NCBI RefSeq assembly: GCF_033153115.1
Contig: NW_026889760.1
Span: 682,001-746,000, forward strand
From: Saccostrea echinata
Lineage: Eukaryota
Reading direction: 5' to 3'
DNA: 64,000 nucleotides
Shown here: piece after piece, positions 24,901 through 35,100 of the stretch
Position numbering within the stretch: the first letter of the stretch is position 1
Layout of the letters: the number at the start of each line of letters is the position of its first letter
Position numbers and translations under genes: made by a program
The notes under the pieces: generated by a model
Database searches by the model: none
What the model was told of the DNA's origin: nothing
The model's input: only the letters and a program-made list of their open reading frames with translations

Positions 24901-25982
24901 TCATGTCTGTCCTGGGCTCGGATGTCCGGATCAAGAAGTGCCGACCGAGGATGTCACCGGAGGACCACCTAATGAGGGAGACAACGATGGACCCAGAGGT
25001 GGACCCGAGTGGACTCGGAAGAGGGATGCCCAGGATCAGACTGACGTGATGTATCCTGTGAACTGTGATATTATTAACTGTTAATTTTTATTAATTTTAT
25101 AGTTTTATTATGGACATTAATGTGTAATTGATTATGTATAATTGTTTTTAATGCGTTAGGCCCTGCTAGGATTTAATTGTTATATTTTATGTACATTATA
25201 GTTTGTCCCATTGTAACGGGCTGGGACGCCTTTTTTCAAAATGGGGAGGAGCGTAGTGGTCTCTGAGGTGCTGGGCACGGATTGCCCTGCTACCTCCGAC
25301 CACGCACGCGTGGTACACGACACGCACCTGCCGTGACGTGTACCTATCCTCGCTCTCCTTTTCTGTTGCAGGGTACAGACGTGTTTCTCTTGCATCTGCT
25401 GCAGGGTACAGACGTGTCTCTGTCAGCTCTGTCATTATTGTATTTGTACATTTATATAGTATACAGCGGGCACTAAAAATCGCGGATTATTTTTATCATA
25501 GTGTTTTCTTTGTTCCGCCATCACCATGGGTATAGTAATAGAATATAGTAGAGAAACGCTATATTATCAATTTACGCGTCATCGATTTGGGTAGAAATCA
25601 ATCAACATAATTTCACGGGTTATCTCAAAGTTTTTGTTAAAAATGAGAAATGTCTGTGATAAATAGAACATCTTTAATTGTGTGATTTGTTATTTTCTTT
25701 ATTCAGCATGTTGAAATTGTTTATATTCGCTCGACAATCCTCGCTAATATACGCAGTTTATCATTTCACATCGTTGGATAAAGCAAATATGAAATCATAT
25801 AATATAGATATCCTCTACATATACTATAAATATGAGTCAATTAGAAAAAAAAAATTCTTATCGAAAGCTTCATGACACTTTTTTTCAGCATTTGATCAAT
25901 TAACGAATATTTAATATTCTGCCGCTTTCAAATTACACCAACGTTTAGGATCTAATTAAACGAAAAATATACAATACATACA

Positions 25983-26049
<67 letters not shown>

Positions 26050-29000
26050 TATGTTTTAGGTTACATCCAGATATTATGACTTGGCAGCGATACAAAATGA
26101 CTTCATTGTAACCTTAAATGACGTGAACTTGATTGAATTTTTATTTCCATTTTTAATGCAAAAAATGAAAGTTTTTAATCATATTTTTTTTCATTATCTG
26201 AAGATTTAATAACGAAATATTTGTCAAGAAGGGGGGGGGGGTGAATACCTTACACTTAAAACTGATTGCATATCAAACATTTGCCAAGTGAAAAGCTAAT
26301 CCAACATGAATTTAGTCACGATGAAAAATGGTATCATAACGGGGTTAATAAGCATATTACGCGAATTTCAGGTGATTATAAGGAGTTTGATATTAGCTTG
26401 GCATGCTGATCTATTTTCATCAATAATGCCTGCCATTCTTTTTCACTGAAAACAGGAGGTATTAATTTGGCCCTGTCTGTTTATTTCTCTGTCATTCTGT
26501 TTGTGTGTAACACTTTAGTTTCCGGAAGATATCTTATAAAGTTCTTAAGATTTTGATATTTGAAACGGGTTGAAGGCACTGGATGGCTTCAATACTATTC
26601 TTGAGCTTTGGAGGAATGAATGGAACCTACTTCCGCATACACGTAGAAAAGTTTTACTAACAAGCTAATGTAGAAAATTACAAATCATGAAATTTATAGA
26701 TAAGGAAGACATCTCAGATAACACAATTACACACACCTGAGTTATTAAAATTATAAACGTAACCCATACAAGTGCAATATTGCGAATCGCTACTCTACGG
26801 ACAAACAAATATGGCGGACATTGTGCAATATACAAATAAAAAATTCAAATACGTGTTTCTATATCTTATTCTAATATTATTCTTTTTTCTAAAATTGCTT
26901 GGCTTTGTGAGCAAAACATCGTGCGTGTATCGTAATAATGTATTGAATTGATTATAGATTTCAATATAGATTATGAGTCAAAACTGCTGAAGTGATTTTT
27001 TTTTTCATTTACAGGTTTTAAGATAATTTAATCAACTGAAACTAATTTTGTAAATATATAGTTGAAAACTGTATTGTTGTACTTACCAGAATTTTCTCTT
27101 CCAATCAATGACAATTGTACAGTGTATAATTGATCTTTTGTTAACATAAAAAAAAGGGGGGAGGGTTTTTTTTATATTAAAATGTACTATTTATATAATC
27201 AACACTTTACAGAAGTCGGGAAAATATCTCATTTAAAAGGATAAAATCATTTGAAACATTGTGTGTTTAAAATTACTATGTCCTTTTTAGGTGTTCTTAT
27301 GCATGCTGAAGATTCAACTCAAGAAGATTGGCTAGATCGGGGAATGGAGTTCATGAAAAAATCAGTGTACAAGATTGCAGCAATCTGCTTCAGTCGAGGA
27401 AATGATATGAAAATGGCTAAAATCGCAAATGCTCATCAAAAAGCACAGGAAGCTTTGATGTAATTGATTATATGCATGTACAACCACGGTTTATTATTTG
27501 CAAATTTTTCAATATCAATACGAATTTAAACAAGGAACCGGTCTGGTGGTATGGCGCTTGCTTCGTGATCGGGAGGCCGGGGTTCAATTTTCATTCGCCG
27601 CGCCGCGTCGAACCTAAGACATATAACAGACTTGTGTGATGGTCTTAATATGGAATCAACGACAACAAGGCTGTTGGTTCGAGTTTTAGCTGCAGAACTG
27701 TAGCGTTATGGTTTTATATTTAAGTCCTTGACCATAACACTACAGATCCCCTAATACAAATATTGTGCAATTTACAGCGCAAGATTTTCTGCGCACTTTG
27801 GGGATGAATTTCGGCACTTTCCAGCATTGGTCAATCAACGACCTTTCATTCCCTAATTCTAAACATATTCTATAACCAAAATGTATATTTTATCCATCTC
27901 CTAACCCTTTCTAGTCGTCATTGCAGACCAATAAACTCACTTATTTTGAATTTGTTGTCAGATGGCATGAAATTCACAATATTCACATCGCACAATATTT
28001 GCATTACGGGATCTGAAGCGTTATGTTCAGACTAAAATATACATGTAAAATCATAACGCTACACTTCTGCAGCTATTCGAGTTTATGACAAGACGGTCAC
28101 TTTATTAAAATGGAATCAGAAAATATAAAAAAAAAAACCTGTAAGTAAATAACAAATTGTAAATATTCAGCATAAAAAGTATAGAGTTATTGATCAAAAT
28201 ACAATTAATATTTTGATTTGGGGGAAGGGGGGGGGGGGGGAGGTCGGACGACAATAAGAGAATTTTTTTACAGAAGGAATATTGAAAAGAAATTGTTATT
28301 TCTTCCCAAGAAACACTAAACTGTATTGCTATTTAAATTTCAATGTTAAGCAAACTAAACTTTTCTCAAATTGACCTTGGGTTGAGCTTAAATCAGGGAT
28401 CCAATTTTAATTTTCATGTTTTCTTCCAGGTTGCGAGGCAAATCTTCCACAACTAAAAAAATGAAGGATATGTTTCTTTCTGCTGCATACGACTTTCTGG
28501 AGTGTGAAATGCCGTCTCAAGCGGCGAAGTATCTTGAATTCGCAAAGGAACATTCTTTACTTGCGACTCTTTTCGAGAATACGAATCAAGTATATTCCTT
28601 TGTCCTACAACATTTGTCAAATAACATTATTAAAATCATTCTTGTATTTTTCTGTCTTATTTAAAAATGATATTTTGGAGCAAATGAAAGTAATTATGGT
28701 AATTATAAGAATACCTACGGTAAGATTTCAGACTGTTAATGAATAAATTCCAAAGGAACAGTATGATTTCAAAGCGATACAGGATGTTGTCCTTCAGATT
28801 TAAAGGAAAAGTTTACCAACATTACGTAATACATGTGCAGTCACTTCAAAATTATTTTTTGGAAAACCTTTCTTTTCAGTATATACGATATTGATGCATG
28901 ACTTTTGTGATTTACAAGGCTATGCAATAAAATAATATTAAAAACAAATATGTTTTTAAGCTCGAAAAAGCAGCTGAAGTATATGAAACAAAGGGAGATC

Positions 29001-29216
29001 CATTAAAAGCCAGCAGATGCCTTGAAGAAGTTGGAAAATTTAGACAAGCAATAGATCTCCTTTGCGCTAAGAAGCAATTCGAAGTTGCAATTGAGTGTCT
29101 TCATAGATATCTGTACCTAAAACAGGTATAAAAACCTCTTTAGTTCAAAGAGGTAAATCGAGTTTAGGACTTTCAATTTTTTTTTAGAAATTTGAAATTT
29201 TGATAACATATTTAAT

Positions 29217-29251
<35 letters not shown>

Positions 29252-29986
29252 GATTCATTATTTTCTGTTAATTTAAGAATTACGAAAAGAAAAACGAGCC
29301 ATTGCCGAACAAGCTTCGAGAAAATTCACCAACTCCTGTTCAAACAATAATTCAATTAAGTCAGATGGCTGCTGATAAGTACCACTTACAGGGGAAAGTT
29401 GACAAAATGTTGTCATTCCTTCAACAAATTCCAGAGCTTGAAGATAGAGTAGATTTTCTGGCAGAGAGGAATCGTACCGAAGAAGCAATATCTTTACTAC
29501 AATCACCAGGTACATTTAAATATTGATCATGAGTTTTCGAGCAGATTTTTTTTTGAAACTCTCCTTCTAAAACTCTGCTCTATATTTTACTTCTTACAAT
29601 AAATTAGAATTTTACAATGTTAATAAAAACATTCATAATTCATAACTCAAGATTATGTTAAAAAAATGAGTAACTATATTTTGTGGCAGAAGAATTCTTT
29701 TTTAAAAGAAGAATAATGGTCTTTTTTTCTTTTGAAGTATTTACAGTACTAGTGCTACTAAGTTTGGATTCATATTTTCCATGCTTCACTAGGAACTATT
29801 TTTTTTTATAGAGAGATAGTTTTGCTGTTTCCAAATTTTATAAAATATTAATAAATTCTCACACCATATTTAGACAAATGAGGTAAATATATTTTGAAAG
29901 TAGTCAAATTGTAGTCTAAACATAGCGTTTTTTAGTAAAAATCTAAATAAAGTATATTATAGAATATTATCTTTTATTTGCTTTTC

Positions 29987-30023
<37 letters not shown>

Positions 30024-32151
30024 CTCAAAGAGTGTCCGGCGTCTGACTGTCGTCTGTAGTCTGTGGAAGTGCTACGCCTTCTTTCAAGGGGAGGTAATTA
30101 AGAAATCGTGAAAATTTTGTGGCATCTTTTAAAAATCTTCTTATTAAGAACCACTGGGCAAGAGAAAGACTTGTTTGAAGTCTTCATTACCTTCTCTAGA
30201 TTCAAGTTTGTTCATATCATAACCCCCGGGTAGGGTGGGGCCATAAGAGGGGGGGGGGCGAAGTTTTACATAGGGATGTAGAGGAAATAATTCTCTTCTC
30301 GAGAACAGCAAAACCATGATTAGTCATATTATAAAAGAAGTATCATCAGGTAGTGTAGATTCAAGTTTGTTCCAATCCTGACCTCGGGGGGTAAGACAGG
30401 GCCACAAGGGGGGGGGGGGGGGTTCAAAATTTACCATAGGAATATGTAGGAAATATCCTTACAATTCGTCTTCTCTGAGCCATTTCAAGACATATTAATA
30501 CAGAAGTATCCTGAAGTAGTGTAGATTCAAGTTTGTTTAAATCATGATCTCTGGGGGTAGGATGGGGCCACAAAAGTGGGTCAAGGTTTACATAGAAATA
30601 TATAGGTGTAATGGTTAAGGGGCATTTGAGTAAAAGCATTGAAATAGTGGAATGACCTGGCAACCCTTGGAATTGATTAGACTAAGGGAAGAAGTTGTAT
30701 AAGATGATGAATCAGCAGTAAAGTAGTCAAGATATTCCATCCTGATAGCAAAAAGATTCAATGAAATTGAATACATAGCAGATGTGTAGGTGTTGAATAC
30801 TCAGTATGTTTAGACATAATTCCCATTTATTACCTATAGCATGTAAGGGTGGGATGTGTCCTAATTTATGACCTTGAATTTTTTTTAAGAGTTTTTAAAT
30901 AATAAAAAAATCAATTAAAAGAAACTTGTCTGGTAAAAAAAAAAAACTTTTTCAATTGTCATTCTTTTTCCAATGTATATTAGTGCATATTTCCACTACA
31001 TTATTAATTGATATTCTTATTAATTGAATTTTCATTTTTAAAAGATTGATCCACAAACTTCAATGCAATCTTTACTAAGTACTTAAAGCTTAGTTAATTA
31101 CCATTTTGAAACTTTCTCTTTGTACGTCATTATCTACTGTAAACTGCTTTAAATCAATATCAGAGTATTATGTATGTGATGGACATTTAAGGCTAGAGGA
31201 TGGAAAACATTATGTAAGGGTTAGAGCAAAATAAAAGAATAAAAGTTATAAACACCAGTGGCAAGTATCCTAGGGAATTGATGTTAAGCTCTGAGTGTAG
31301 TAAATCTGAAGGATACTGGGACAACTGGTTCTTATCTATCAATGGGACCTAGGGGAGAAACACGGTGCAAGTTGTACCTTACCCAGTCCCCATCTCTAGA
31401 GAAGAGATATGTGTGTGATACACCCTCAGACAGAGCTATCTTAATAATCATTCCAATCATTAACTCAGACAGAGTAAAAGGACAACCGATATATCCCTTG
31501 TAAGAATCTGATCATACACGTTGCAAAGGAAATATCTTTGAAATCTTCTTCTCAAGGTCAATTAAACCATTATTAGTCATATTTATACAGAAGCAACATA
31601 AGGTATTGTAGAATCAAGTTCGTTCAAATTATGACCCCCAGGGTTTGGGGGCACAACAGAAGGTCAAAATTTTTCATATGAATACATAGGAATCCTCATG
31701 AAAAATCTTCTGCTCAAGAACAGCAAAGCCATGATTAGTCACATTATTAAAGAAGCATCCTCAGGTAGTGTAGATTCAACTTCGTTAAAATTTACGATGG
31801 GTAGGGTGGGCCACAATGAGCAATCAGAGTTTTACATAGGGAAAGATCTTTAGAAATCTTCTGTTTAAGAACAGCGAAGCCATGGTTAGTTGATATAGAA
31901 GCATCCTGAGGTTGTGTAAATTGAAGTGTACCCCCCCCCCCCCCTTTAAACTTTTCAATACTGAACTGATTTCTGTATCTTCCTAGCCAGTGTGCTCAGG
32001 TTAGCGATGTGGCCCATGGGCCTTTTGTTTGTATATGTAAGATAACTTTGACCATTCTGCTTAAATTCAATAAAATATAAAGACTTTTGAATATGTTATT
32101 GTTTGTAAAATTTCAATGACAATTCAAAAGAGATATTTGATAAGTTAGAGT

Positions 32152-32188
<37 letters not shown>

Positions 32189-35100
32189 ATTCTAGGAACA
32201 TCTTACACACATTCAAATCGACTAAGAAATTCTACGGAACACTGTATTATTTACTCCGTTTGTGCTCTCGAGAAAAGCCTAGTTATTCACCTTGCGCCCA
32301 CTTTCTCCATATTACAATCATTTTTCAAAATACGCTCCTTTGTTCTGTGTGATGTTTCAATTTCAATTGTAATGTCAAGTACAGTGGTCCACGTCCATTA
32401 AAGATTTCATTTTGTCTACGAAAAAAACTCAACTTTCCGACCGGCAACTAGACCTTTCATCCTCCTCCACGGATGTTCTATTTTCCATAAATTTCTTCTC
32501 AATTTACTTTAAAACCAGTTGTTCACAGCTATTGTCTTGCCTCTGTCATTAGTATATGCGTTCAAGTCGGGTAGTTCTCAATCTTTTCACAAAAATTATT
32601 ACATGACCGAATTTCAACGTTGTTTAACGATGGGTTGAAAATATTTTATTGTTTAGATGTTAAAACAAAAGGATCGAACATAAGTTCTTAACACTTAGAA
32701 CGTCTTCTCCTTTATAACAATTACTTACTCAAAATAATGTTCATAAAATTAACTAATTGGAACAAAAGGTCAGTATAATTATCTATTTACATGGACAAAT
32801 GATTTTATGATAAACAACAAATCATCTGTAGAAAAATTAAAAACCTAGTAAAATCGATAAAACTTTCACGCAAAGGTTTATAAGAGGTCATGCAATCGTA
32901 ATTATTACATTATTTTCTTTTCATATGCCACTTAACGCGTTTTTTTTTCTATTACAGTGAGTACTACATGTAGTTTTAGGAATTGAAATGATGTACGAAT
33001 AAATGTATCTTTCGAATTCCCAAACATCGGTTTCTATGAAAACTGCAAAACTGTTATTATTATTAATATTTATTCTTTTTATTGTCATTTAAAAACTTGT
33101 GAAGCATTTATATTTCCATTTTTAATTTTCAATAACTTCGTTTAATAATTAAATAAAATAATAAGACATTTTACAAAAATTGGATCAACTCTCGATTTAT
33201 TTTTCTTTTTCTTTACATATATAGTTTGCACCGAACAAAAATGAATGTCATTATACCTTTATTATTTCAGGACATGAAAGACTTCTCATTGACTTCTATT
33301 TAAAGTGTGGTCAAACTGAGAATGCTCTAAAATATGCAGAAAACATTGGGGACGGAGAATTGAGAAACAAATGCCTTTTTGCAGATTGTTATTTTCAATT
33401 TTGTAAAGGAATTTACTTTGAAAACATTCAAAGCGAAATGTGTAAGAAGTTAATCGGAGTTTTCCACGCTATGCATGATTCAAAAGACAAAGTTTTAGCT
33501 GGAAAAGTAGCTTTACTAATTGGAAAAGTTTCAAAAAATCAAGAATATGTGCATAAAGCATTTGGTGAGTTTAATCATTGCAGACCTTATCCTAATTTAG
33601 CAGGACAACAAGAATGTATGGATTGGATGATATATCACTCAGATCTTGCGGATAAGGGAAACCAAGTTAAGTGCATACTGGGTATGGAAACTCTTTTCAA
33701 GGCATTGACTATTTTAATTTTGCCAATAAATGAAAGCGAAAGGCAACGATTGATGGATATTTTGGAGTATTATGGTTACCATAAGACTTATGATGACAGA
33801 AATTTTTTTGTGTATCCGTCACAAAAACCCACTGCGCTAAAGATTTCACCAAAAATTGAAAAATCTAATCATATATGTAAAGTGAAATTAGAAACTGCGA
33901 AGAATGATATTTGTCGCTATCTCATTCAGCAGGGAGAGAAATGGATGCAGATATTAGAAGACATTCTAACAAGACAAAAAGATGACCTTTTTTCAAAATT
34001 TGTCGATTCAAACCTGACCGATACAAACCTCTTCCTTGATTTGATACAAATGGATATACATTTGGTTGAACTTGAAGCACATGTAAGAGTTGGCTGCAAG
34101 AGTTTTAAAAGACGAAGTATCGACTACAATGTGAGTCTAGAAAAGCTTGACATGTCATCATTTGACAAATGTAAAGATATCATGCTAGATTTGTTTCCTG
34201 ATGAAGGTATAATAAGTTTTGCAAATTTTAAACCTGAAGGAATTATACAAGTATTAAAATGCATTCGAAAGTTTCACAAAGGCTACTTTCGACAAGCTAT
34301 GAGATCAATTGTAGATGACATGGCCGAGAAAATGAAATGTGACGTAAAACATAATCACATTCTATACTTTGTTAGTTTCCTGTTTATCAGAGAAGTTTTT
34401 GATCTTCGTACAAGCGAAAATCCTGATACAATTCTGATTGACATAGAAGAAGCTTATATGAATGAAATATGTAGTACAACTCCAGGTTGGAGGATATCTC
34501 ATGGCTTTGAAATAAGTTACGATCAAGAACATGGAATGAACATTTCATCACTTTGTCGATATATGTCGTCTTGTCAAATACTTTTAAAATCCGGGAAGCC
34601 TATTGAGGCTCTATTAGAATTTTCTAAATTTTGTAATTTGCTTTGTCAACAGGATATAAGTCCACTTCCAAACTCTTCCCATCTCATGTACTGGCTGGAA
34701 TTTTTTAGTTGTCTTGCACTTTTTTCAACAACAGCCTATATTGGCATCTTCAAATCAATGGAATGTCAAAAATTTGTTCTTCCAAGATCATATCATGTGA
34801 ATGCCGTGTCCATTTATATGACATGGAACAATAAAAACACTTTAATTCCAGATCTGTGCAAAAAGAAATATCTCAAAAAATATGGTAGCGATCTCCTGAA
34901 ATCTCCAGAATGTATTGTGCAATTATTAGAAAGATTGAATGACAGACCAGTTTCATATTTGAAATCGGAAGGAAAACAAACACAAAACAATCCAAAGTAT
35001 GCACTTTTACAGAGATTACTAAAGTTGTGTCTGCTTCTGATTTGTAACATAAGAAATGTGTTTCATTCTGCAGCGGATATCGAAGAGATGCTGGCTTGCA

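Larger units (their letters stand above)
17658..25563 (+). mobile_element. Full-length decayed Ty3/Gypsy LTR retrotransposon with a C-terminal PHD finger
   Basis: Two LTRs and a TTAT TSD (17654-17657, 25564-25567), with PBS and PPT. Domain order is gag (CCHC), PR (DTA), RT (FLDD), RNase H (ILDTDAS...ADALSR), INT (HHCC, DFLGP, TDQG), then PHD. Many stops and frameshifts. Confidence 0.95.

Noticed and set aside
18059-24934. Antisense ORFs within the retrotransposon
   Set aside because: These are shadows of GC-rich gag-pol sequence and of the 74-bp duplication, with no recognisable domains.
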